A DNA stretch of 64,000 nt, taken from contig BPJB01000001.1 in the NCBI GenBank assembly GCA_026004395.1, positions 905,226-969,225 on the forward strand, in the 5' to 3' direction. The notes under the pieces were generated by a model. It saw nothing but the letters and a program-made list of their open reading frames with translations. It was not told the DNA's origin and did not search any database. Position numbers and translations under genes: made by a program. The stretch's first letter is position 1, and each line of letters opens with the position of its first letter. Below, piece by piece: positions 48,576-58,000 of the stretch. This stretch comes from Patescibacteria group bacterium. Its GTDB lineage: Bacteria > Patescibacteriota > Microgenomatia > Levybacterales > UBA12049.

Positions 48576-50147
48576 TTGATACTCCCTACAGCGGAACAGA
48601 ATCACCTCGCACTCATGCCAGGTGGCAACGTGGGTATAAACACCACCACTCCAGTCTATACCCTTGATGTTAATGGCACATTTAGATCCTCATCGACATC
48701 AAACGCTGTTTTCGGCAATGGTACAACAGGTGGAATCCAACTAGGAGATGGTACTATTACAAAAACTACAGGCAATCCCTTTACTATGAATAGTGGACTA
48801 ACACTTAGCCAAAATCTCGCAGTCAATGGCGGTTCAATCACCTCAACTGTTGATCTGACTCTCAATCCATCAGGCGGTCAAGTCTTCCTCGCTGATACTG
48901 ATACCCTAGCTATAGGAGGCCATGCAGGAGCTGCCTACAACGCAATATCCAACGCAGGTGGAACTCCATCCAACCCCAACGTCACATCAGACAACGATCT
49001 CTACATCCAAGGCGATCTGGACATCGGAGGCACACTATATGTCGGTGGATCTCAAATTGCCAATTACTGGCAGCGCAATGGCACAACTCTTGCCCCAACA
49101 ACTACTACAGACAGTGTCGTACTAGGAGGCAATACATCAACTGTTCACCAGTTTGAAGTTAATGGAGCAGTAACAGGCAAGGCTCTTGTTGCCCTCACTG
49201 AGACTGGTGATCAAAATATCATCACTGCCTCCTCTTCTGCTACAACAACTGTCTTCAATCTCTCACGCACAGGCGCAATCAGCGTTGCCGCAGGACAAGG
49301 ATTGGATACGATCTCAGCTGGAGCACTTAATATAGGTACCACCACCCAAACAGCACTTACTCTTGGACAATCAGGAGCAACAACAACTATTAATGGCTCA
49401 TCTCTAACTGTTGGTCCCACCTCATGGACAGCAACACCTACTATCTCAGGACTGATCACAGCCACAAGCGGACTCACTGCCAACGGAGCACTCACCGCTA
49501 ACAACGTCTTTACACTAGGAGACGGTGGTGACACAGGATCAATCAACACCTCAGACTGGGATATCTCAACCACAGGCGTTATGACTGGTATCTCAGGCAT
49601 AACAACAGATGGAGGATACACTCAGTCAGGTACTGCCATCAATACCTTCACCGGTGATCTATCTCTTGGAACAGGTGTACAGGTAGACTTCGCAGATGAA
49701 GTCGGTGACAAATTGTATCTTTTCTCCAATACATATGGAATAGGCATTGAATCCTCAACACTCACCAACTGGTCAGCAAGTACATTCCGCTGGAGAATAG
49801 GTGGCACATCTGTCTCAACTGGCACTGAATACATGACACTAACAAGCAGTGCTCTTAACCTTGCCAACAACACTCTGACCTCAACTGTGATCTCACCCTC
49901 AATCCCTCAGGAGGCCAAGTCTTCCTCGCTGATACGATACCCTAGCTATTGGAGGCCATGCAGGAGCTGCCTACAACGCAATATCCAACGCAGGTGGAAC
50001 TCCATCCAACCCCAACGTCACATCAGACAACGATCTCTACATCCAAGGCGATCTGGACATCGGAGGCACACTATATGTCGGTGGATCTCAAATTGCCAAT
50101 TACTGGCAGCGCATCGCTGGCAACCTCTCACCAATAAATCTCAATGA
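48576..50147 (+). CDS. fibre-protein fragment 3 (523 aa as called); the last ~85 codons are out-of-frame read-through of a duplicated segment
   Basis: Starts ...QNHLALMPGGNVGINTTTPVYTLDVNG, the motif seen in gene 2. The C-terminal Arg-rich tail (RYPSYWRPCRSCLQRNIQRRWNSIQPQRHIRQRS...) is the +1 frame of a copy of 48860-49077. Confidence 0.5.
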   Translation: MILPTAEQNHLALMPGGNVGINTTTPVYTLDVNGTFRSSSTSNAVFGNGTTGGIQLGDGTITKTTGNPFTMNSGLTLSQNLAVNGGSITSTVDLTLNPSGGQVFLADTDTLAIGGHAGAAYNAISNAGGTPSNPNVTSDNDLYIQGDLDIGGTLYVGGSQIANYWQRNGTTLAPTTTTDSVVLGGNTSTVHQFEVNGAVTGKALVALTETGDQNIITASSSATTTVFNLSRTGAISVAAGQGLDTISAGALNIGTTTQTALTLGQSGATTTINGSSLTVGPTSWTATPTISGLITATSGLTANGALTANNVFTLGDGGDTGSINTSDWDISTTGVMTGISGITTDGGYTQSGTAINTFTGDLSLGTGVQVDFADEVGDKLYLFSNTYGIGIESSTLTNWSASTFRWRIGGTSVSTGTEYMTLTSSALNLANNTLTSTVISPSIPQEAKSSSLIRYPSYWRPCRSCLQRNIQRRWNSIQPQRHIRQRSLHPRRSGHRRHTICRWISNCQLLAAHRWQPLTNKSQ

Positions 50148-50181
50148 CACAATCTCTGCTACTACATCAGCATCTACAGCA

Positions 50182-50715
50182 TTGACTATAACTCAAACTG
50201 GTGCATTTGATGTCGTCAGATTTGAAGATCAAGCATCAGATACAACACCATTCGTAATCGATCAAAATGGGAATGTCGGTATTGGTACCACAGCACCAGG
50301 GTACAAACTAGATGTAGCTGGAAGTGTCAATATTGGTAGTAATAGTCACTTATATTTTGCCGGAGGTAATCCTCATATTGAAAGTATATATGATGACTTT
50401 ATTTTCCAAGTTGATACTGACAATAATGCCACAGGTAGATTTTTCTTCAAAGACACAAATACCGATGTTATGACAATCGTCAATGGCAACGTGGGTATTG
50501 GTACAACTGCACCTACAGCCAAACTTGATATTACTGGTGATGCTTCCTCCTCCGGCTCTCTAGTACTTCGAGGTACTTCACCAACTACATTAGATATCTT
50601 AAATGGAGGAAGATTTGATATCCAAACCTCTGTAGGAGGAGATGCAGGACTTACTCCAAGATTGACAATCACCAGCAACGGCAATGTAGGCATCGGGACA
50701 ACGGGACCAGCTTGA
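50182..50715 (+). CDS. fibre-protein fragment 4 (177 aa; TTG start as called). Its frame extends upstream through the duplicated segment and downstream, via a 1-nt shift, into ORF 5
   Basis: Contains DQNGNVGIGTTAPGYKLDVAG and NGNVGIGTTAPTAKLDITG, and ends GNVGIGTTGPA*. The upstream in-frame sequence reads ...GGSQIANYWQRIAGNLSPINLNDTISATTSAS with no stop. Confidence 0.5.
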   Translation: MTITQTGAFDVVRFEDQASDTTPFVIDQNGNVGIGTTAPGYKLDVAGSVNIGSNSHLYFAGGNPHIESIYDDFIFQVDTDNNATGRFFFKDTNTDVMTIVNGNVGIGTTAPTAKLDITGDASSSGSLVLRGTSPTTLDILNGGRFDIQTSVGGDAGLTPRLTITSNGNVGIGTTGPA

Positions 50716-50899
50716 TCTTCTGGACGTAAATGGTGGCGTCATCATTCGCGATCGAGCTGCAATTCAAGGGACAGGCGCAAGCTGTAGCGCTCCTGGTGCT
50801 GGAACTGCAGGCTGGTGGTATGCTGATGCAGGAGATTGTTCAACTGTCTTTGCCGGGATAAATACTGCTACCAACGGCTCTGAGGTCTTTGGAATATAC

Positions 50900-53800
50900 A
50901 TGGGCAGCTGGGACTGGACAATAGATATTAATGGCAATGTCACCAATGCTGGCAATCTCACAGTCCAGGGTACAACAGGTATAACTGCTTCTGGAACTGG
51001 TGCTGGTCTTAACTTCTCTGGCACAGGAACGCACACAATCCAAGCAAGCGCTGGAACTTTGCAAATCAACGCATTTACTCTGGGAGGAGCTATCACAGGC
51101 AACAACCAAAATATCTCCAGTATCGGCAACATCACAGCCAATACAAGTGCCAATACCATCACAGGATTTGGCACCATAGGAACATCAGGCACAACAGCAT
51201 TCCAAGGAATAACAGCTACCCTCAGTGGTACTGGCAACGCTCTCACCCTCTCTGGTGCTGGTGCCAACATCGCCTTCACTGGTGCAGGTCTAGCCCAAAT
51301 CACAACAGCCGCCTCCCAACACCTCGCCCTCATGCCAGGCGGCAACGTGGGTATAGGCACTACTACTCCAACACTGGGCAAACTCACAGTACTTGGCACA
51401 ACGGCAGCTCAAACATTTGCTGATTATGACAATACAGCCTACTTCTTGGATCCAGCAACAACAACTACCTCACTCAACATCGCAGGTGGTGCCAATATTG
51501 GTGGTTATGCAACAGTCTCTGCCTCTCTTGCTGTTGGCTACACCAACGCACCTGCTGGTCCTGGACATGCCATCTTCGCAGGCAACTTAGGCATAGGTAC
51601 TACAGCACCAGTCCACAAACTAGAACTAGCCTCCCACACAACAGCAACTGGTGGCATAGGATTTGGCACTGATGTAGAACTCTACAGATCTGCTGCTGAT
51701 ACCCTCTCCCTTGCATCAGGTGACTCCCTCAACCTAGTCTCTGGCAATCTACAGGTTGGTAGTACAACAGTTATCACCAGTGGTAGGATTATTCAAGCTA
51801 CCAATGGCAGTGCTACATCTCCCTCATTCACCTTCTCCTCTGACACCAACACTGGCATATTTGGAACAGGTGCTGATGTACTCGCTATCTCAACTGCTGG
51901 CACAGAGAGAGTACGAATTGCTGCCAATGGCAATGTAGGTATAGGGACAACAACAACTGATTTCCAAACCACTATTCAAGAAAGCACTAATAGTAAAGGT
52001 ATCTTAGCGCTTCTTGGCGATGGCAACCAAACATTATTCACTGCCTCAATCTCAGGATCAACTAAGTTCTTAGTTGATAAGACTGGTAACGTCGGCATCG
52101 GGACTATAGCACCTAGTACCCTTTTGCATGTTGCCATGGACAACGGCACCCTACCTACATTAAGCTCTAGTACAGGTTTTGTAATTAATAATAATAGTGC
52201 AACGACAGACGATGTAAGTTTGTCTCTGGTAGCAGGAACAGCGGCAATGGCATGGCTTAGAATGGGTGATAGCGCTGATGAAAGTGCAGGAGCTGTCATA
52301 TATGACAACTCAGAGGATAGTATGTCACTCAGAGTTAACTCTGGAACACGTATAAAGATTACAAGTACCGGAAAAATTTCTCTTGGTGCCAGCGGTGTTA
52401 CTGAGCTTGGAAGTTCTAACATTCCTGATGGATCAGTTATTCTTCCTAATGGAGCATTTTGTGTCGACGATGGTGCTCAAAACTGTGATGACGCAGCTCG
52501 CGTAGCTGGAAGAATTTATGCTGAGTCAACAACAATTACTGCGATAGACTTGGCAGAAAATTATCCATCTAAAGACTCTACTATGGAAGCTGGAGACCTA
52601 GTAGTTGCCGATCCGGACAATACAGAGTATGTGAAGAAATCAACTGGCGCGTACCAGCCGTCTCTTATAGGTGTCATCTCAACCAAACCTGGTATTCTCC
52701 TTGGAGGATTTGGCGAGGAGGCAAAGAGATTCCCAGATGACAAAAAATACCCAATAGCTCTTGCCGGAAGAATACCAGTAAAAGTTTCAACGATCAATGG
52801 ACCCATCAAACGAGGCGACTACCTCACCTCCTCTCCAATTCCAGGTGTGGCGATGAAAGCAACTAGAGCTGGACAAATAGTCGCAAAAGCACTTGAGGAT
52901 TATAACACTCCTGATACGAATACAGTTGGCAAAATAGTCGCATTGGTTAACGTCTCTTGGTACGACCCACAGGTCTATATTGCAGACTCAGGTGACTTGA
53001 ATATCACAAACAACGCTGGTGACTTTAAAGCATGGGTTGCCGGACAACCAGTTGAGAGAAAAGCAGCCTATGCAGATGCTGTTATTGCACGTCTTACAAC
53101 AGGTATTGTAAAGACCAAACAATTACTTGTTGAAGGCACTGCTACATTCCTTGGAAGTGTCCAGATGCAGACATTGAATGTAGCCAATACTCTTAAAGCA
53201 GCATCTATTGAGGTTGCCAATAATCTCCAGGCAGGCACGATCAATGCCACAACTATAGCGGTCAATAGCCTCTCCATTGCCGGTCAGAATCTGAGAGATT
53301 ATATACTTGCAGTTGTTGAACAAGCTGGATTCTCTAAGAATCAAAATAACATCACCTCACCCATAGCTGATATTGATAGAATCCATACCAGCGTCATATC
53401 ACCGCTTGCTTCTGACTCTGCAATCTTGGTAAACGGCAAACTTGTCATCAAGAGAGGTAACGAAGGATCTGATGATTCTTCGACTTCGTCTCAAAATAAC
53501 ATTGCACTAGAAGTTCAAGGTTCAGCCTCAATTAGTGGAAATCTATCAGTCAGTGATGCAAGTATTGCTGGTACTCTTCGCGCTGGTAAGATCATCGCTG
53601 ATCAGATAGAGGGACTCGATGCACGCATTGCAAGTCTTGCAGCCAACGCTATCACCGCAACCAACGCAGCTATTGCGACAAACTCTACTGCATCGGATTC
53701 AGGAATACTTGCATCAGGAAGTGCAACTCTTGCTTCTCTGATCTCATCTACAATCGTTAGTGACTATGCTTCTGTTGCTAGCTTCACAGCAAATCTAGCC

Positions 53801-54586
53801 TTTGTACCCAATCTTAATGCGCAATTTGGGACATTTGAACAAGGACTGATGGCATTTGGACCATCATCCCTTTCTGATGTCTCTATTGCGGGACAACTCT
53901 CAATCAATGGCTCTATGATCTTTGCTGATAATAGTATCAATACACTTGGCGCTGATCTTCAGATACAGCCACTCAGACAAGGCAATATCTCATTTATGGC
54001 AGGTCTTGTCACCATAGATATTGACGGGAATATATCTGTTGCAGGGAATGCTACATTTGCAAAGAATGTTCGAGTCAATGGAACACTTGCAGCAAAAGTT
54101 ATCTCACCTGTTCCAGATGAAGACCTGGTCTTCAAGCTTCCGGGTACATCCAATAGCACACAACTTGCTGTTGATAGACCAAGTATTGTTGTCCAGAACG
54201 CATCCGGTTCAGCAGTCCTGAAGATCACTGATGAGGGAGATATCATCGCATCAGGCGAGGCTAATTTCAAAAATATTGCCACCAATACATTCAAGATCGT
54301 CAGAGGCGCGCAAGCTGATACCTCCCTCACCCAAACTATTGCCACAGCAAGTGCCGGAACAGCAACAATCAAGGCGGGTCAATTCGAGCGCACAATTATC
54401 AGTCCATTTGTCTCTGAAAAATCACTGATTTATATCACACCTGTCACCAATACCAATGGAGTCACACCTTATATCGCTCGTCAGACAGCTGAAGATGCAG
54501 AAAATGGTATCAAAGGATCATTCACAATTCGTATCCCTGTACTACAGACATCAGATGTGAAAGTTAACTGGTGGATTATTAATTAA
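50900..54586 (+). CDS. giant fibre protein 5 (1228 aa): N-terminal fibre repeats homologous to gene 2 plus a distinct, non-repetitive C-terminal ~700-aa region
   Basis: aa 20-160 are near-identical to gene 2 residues encoded at 42840-43215 (GTTGITASGTGAGLNFSGTGTH.IQASAGTLQINAFTLGGAITGNNQNISSIGNITANTSANTITGFGTIGTSGTTAFQGITATL.GTGNALTLSGAGANIAFTGAGLAQITTAASQHLALMPGGNVGI). The C-terminal part (..IDLAENYPSKDSTMEAGDLVVADPDNTEYVKKS..PIALAGRIPVKVSTINGPIKRGDYLTSSPIPGVAMKATRAGQIVAKALE..) lacks the repeats. Confidence 0.7.
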   Translation: MGSWDWTIDINGNVTNAGNLTVQGTTGITASGTGAGLNFSGTGTHTIQASAGTLQINAFTLGGAITGNNQNISSIGNITANTSANTITGFGTIGTSGTTAFQGITATLSGTGNALTLSGAGANIAFTGAGLAQITTAASQHLALMPGGNVGIGTTTPTLGKLTVLGTTAAQTFADYDNTAYFLDPATTTTSLNIAGGANIGGYATVSASLAVGYTNAPAGPGHAIFAGNLGIGTTAPVHKLELASHTTATGGIGFGTDVELYRSAADTLSLASGDSLNLVSGNLQVGSTTVITSGRIIQATNGSATSPSFTFSSDTNTGIFGTGADVLAISTAGTERVRIAANGNVGIGTTTTDFQTTIQESTNSKGILALLGDGNQTLFTASISGSTKFLVDKTGNVGIGTIAPSTLLHVAMDNGTLPTLSSSTGFVINNNSATTDDVSLSLVAGTAAMAWLRMGDSADESAGAVIYDNSEDSMSLRVNSGTRIKITSTGKISLGASGVTELGSSNIPDGSVILPNGAFCVDDGAQNCDDAARVAGRIYAESTTITAIDLAENYPSKDSTMEAGDLVVADPDNTEYVKKSTGAYQPSLIGVISTKPGILLGGFGEEAKRFPDDKKYPIALAGRIPVKVSTINGPIKRGDYLTSSPIPGVAMKATRAGQIVAKALEDYNTPDTNTVGKIVALVNVSWYDPQVYIADSGDLNITNNAGDFKAWVAGQPVERKAAYADAVIARLTTGIVKTKQLLVEGTATFLGSVQMQTLNVANTLKAASIEVANNLQAGTINATTIAVNSLSIAGQNLRDYILAVVEQAGFSKNQNNITSPIADIDRIHTSVISPLASDSAILVNGKLVIKRGNEGSDDSSTSSQNNIALEVQGSASISGNLSVSDASIAGTLRAGKIIADQIEGLDARIASLAANAITATNAAIATNSTASDSGILASGSATLASLISSTIVSDYASVASFTANLAFVPNLNAQFGTFEQGLMAFGPSSLSDVSIAGQLSINGSMIFADNSINTLGADLQIQPLRQGNISFMAGLVTIDIDGNISVAGNATFAKNVRVNGTLAAKVISPVPDEDLVFKLPGTSNSTQLAVDRPSIVVQNASGSAVLKITDEGDIIASGEANFKNIATNTFKIVRGAQADTSLTQTIATASAGTATIKAGQFERTIISPFVSEKSLIYITPVTNTNGVTPYIARQTAEDAENGIKGSFTIRIPVLQTSDVKVNWWIIN

Positions 54587-54860
54587 CAAAAGATGGTTAG
54601 CATGTAAACTATCACCTGTTTTATCTTTTAAACTTGATAACTTTTATGAGTAGAGCAGAAATGCATTATTTTATTAACCTATCAAATATTATCAAAATAT
54701 CGCTTAATAGATACTAAAGTTCCCGTATATGTGTTTGATTGCAATAAATAGATTGTGGCTATATAAGCAAAAAGTAGGATTAAAGAAAATGTTTTGTGAA
54801 AATATTGGATACATTGTTAGATCTTCTATTTTAGAAATTATATTCTAGTAGATACTATTA

Positions 54861-54900
54861 TTAAAATATTAATAAAAGTATTAAAATATTAATAAAAGAG
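54861..54900. repeat. tandem 20-bp direct repeat (TTAAAATATTAATAAAAGTA x2, second copy 18/20)
   Basis: Read directly, in the AT-rich region about 110 bp upstream of the PA14/LamG gene start. Confidence 0.6.
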
Positions 54901-55008
54901 ATCTTTGATTTTCAAATTTTGATGTATGCAAATATCATGTATACTGATACTAAAAATAGCTATGTAAAGTTAGAGACTAAAAGCATATTAAGAATCTGAT
55001 CTTATCGT

Positions 55009-58000
55009 ATGAAAATTTATAAAAAATCTCCCTCACAACCAAACTCTTTTATCAATAAAAGTAAAGCATCCCAACTACCCCTAAAATGGTCAGAAAGTTT
55101 TATCTCCTATATCATCATCCTCCCATTTAGACTCCTCTTATTAGTTGCAAATATAGCGTGGCAAGCTCTAAATTTTCCTCTTAAACTCTTACCTCATCGT
55201 CTTATACATCGCCTTAACCCCATTCAGCGACTCTTTCTTAACGTCGTCACTGCTTCCATCTTCCTCATCTTTGGTATCTGGATCTATACTTCATTTTCTC
55301 AACCCGAACAATCAGAAGCGGTGTGGTTTAATGATCAATGGCTTTATAGACAAAAGGTAGATATTACCAATTCATCAGGATCAAACCTTACTGATTTCCA
55401 AGTTGCAATTACCTTAAATACAGCTCAAATGATTACAGATGGCAAACTCCAATCAGATTGTGATGATATCCGATTTGTTAATCAAAAAGGAGATATTCTT
55501 CATCATTGGCGTATACCTACAACTTTATGCAACACATCTACTACTAAATTTTTTGTACGTATTACCTCTATTCCAACAAACGGTACCACAATATTTGTAT
55601 ATTACGGTAATTCAACAGCACAAAATATCGAAGATGCAGGAAAAGTTTTTGATAGAGGAGGCATTAGAGGATTCTTCTATGCACATAACTCAGGATCACA
55701 TCCTACCACATCTGCAGCTTTTGACACATTCTTCACATCCAATATTGCAGGATTTCAGGGGCAACAACTTTATTCGCAGATCAATTGTGCTAATAATAAT
55801 TGCAATCCTTTTGATCCAGACGATGATAATTATGCCACTTATTTTGAGGGAATAATTTATATCCCAACCACGGGGACTTATTATTTTGCAACTGATTCTG
55901 ATGATGCATCAGATATTTATATAGATGGAGATTTCACAGCATCAAGTAGCGCTGGTACAAATGTCGCTAATTGGTACAATGGTCATGGTCTTGCTAATAA
56001 TTGGTCGCATAATGGATCTATAGTACTTACTAAAGGTTATCATACATTTCGCTATCGTATGGAAGAAGTATCTGGAGGTGATGGTTTTCGAGCAGCGTGG
56101 CAAAAACCTGGTGACACTTCATATTCATATATTACGGGAGAATATTTTTACTCCAAAAAATATGCATCTTCTGAGCCCACGATCTCTCTTGGCACAGAAG
56201 AACAATCCCCAGGACCTGTTGCCTATTGGAAATTTGATGAAGGAACCGGAACAACAGCCTATGATAGCTCTACGAATAAGTATCATGGAATAATCAGCGG
56301 AGCCACCTGGAAACAAGAAGGAGAGTGCTTAATTGGTAAATGTCTATATTTCGATGGGGTAAATGATTATATTGACCTTGGTAGCTCAAGTCGGTATGGA
56401 GCAACCAAAACAACAGGAGCATACACTATTGAAGCGTGGGTCAAACCAGTTGATGTTGCTAGATACAATATCCTAACGCTTCGTATTGGAGGATTTCACT
56501 ATTTTAGTACTGGAATTACAGGAGGTGAGGCTGGCGGCATGCGAACTATGGTACATGATGCAGTATCCAATGCCAATTATTGGCCAACTTCAAATTTGGG
56601 TATTTTGAAAGCTAATCAGTGGAATCACGTCGTTTTCATCTTTGAAGATGGTGTTGGCTATAAATATTATCTTAATGGAAAATTAGATAAAGAGGTAGCA
56701 AATTCCAACTTACAATTCTACAATTATGGGGGAAATGCATATATTGGCTATGGAACTGATAGTACAACTTTCTTCAAAGGATTTATTGACGAAGTAAAAG
56801 TCTATCCATATGTTCGTACACCAGAACAAATAAGAGCTGATTTTGGAAGTATAAAAGGATCCATCAAAGGTACATCTGTAGGTATAGGTGGATCGAGTCT
56901 CACCTCTTCTCTATCCAATGGACTTGTTGGCTACTGGAAGATGGATGAAACGACGTGGAGTGGCACAGCGGGAGAGGTAATTGATAGTTCGGGGAATGAG
57001 AATAACGGGACAGCAGTGAGTGGTGCTGAAGCTAGCCCTTCAGCAAAATTTGGCAGATCAGGTTATTTTGCAGGGATAGATGAAAACGTGGCTATAAATA
57101 ATTCTCCTTCAATAAGTAATTTTTCAAATGGGGTGACAGTATCTTTATGGTTTAAAACGAATTCTGTTAGCTCTGCGCAAAGCCAATTCGGATACAATGG
57201 GGGTGGATTTTTAAATTTTTGGATGAATTCAGGAGTCTCCTCAACAAATCTACGATGGGAGACAAACTCAGGACAATCAATAACTTCTACTACAGCTATT
57301 TATCCTAATACCTGGTACCATGCAGTAGGCGTTTATGATACAAAGACAGGAATTGCAAGCCTCTATATCAATGGAAGAATAGATGTTTCAGCAAATCGAA
57401 CATTTAACACAAGTAAAAGTGGTATTGTAACAATTGGATCATATTCAACCTCACAATATTTTTTTAATGGTAACATAGATGAAGTCCGTATTTACAATCG
57501 CGCACTCTCTCCAGCTGAAGTTCAAGAGCTTTATAATTTTGCTCCAGGACCTATTGCTTATTATGATTTTGAGGAAGGACAAGGAACATCACTCAATGAT
57601 AAGTCTGGCAATGGTAATAATAGCACTTCCTTTGGAGGTACTCCCACTTGGACAAAAGGATTTTATGGAAAGGGAATGAAATTTGATAATGCCAGCACGG
57701 ACCAAGTCACGATCCCTGGTTCAGAAATACTCAATTACAATAACTATACACTTGGTTTTTGGATTAATTTTACAGATGAATATGATGGAAGCTATCGGCA
57801 AATTATTGCCAGAGATCCGAATGGATCAGATAGGTCACCAGGCATATGGAGATATCCTAATATGCTTCGAATACACTGGAAACATCCTTATCCAGGAAAT
57901 GCTGGACCGGTAGCTATTGGTCCTAATGGGGAAAATACAAGCTTTGTTGCAAATAAATGGTATTACATGACTGGTGTTAAAAATGGCACATCATTTGATT

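Noticed and set aside
35249-54400. Numerous antisense or alternate-frame ORFs inside the giant genes (e.g. 37403..37978-, 39304..39702-, 50764..51399-, 51976..52422-)
   Set aside because: They lie wholly inside long, clearly coding plus-strand ORFs. They have Pro/Arg/Val-rich low-complexity translations typical of the reverse frame of Gly/Thr-rich repeats. They are repeated wherever the DNA repeat is repeated, so they are by-products of the repeats.
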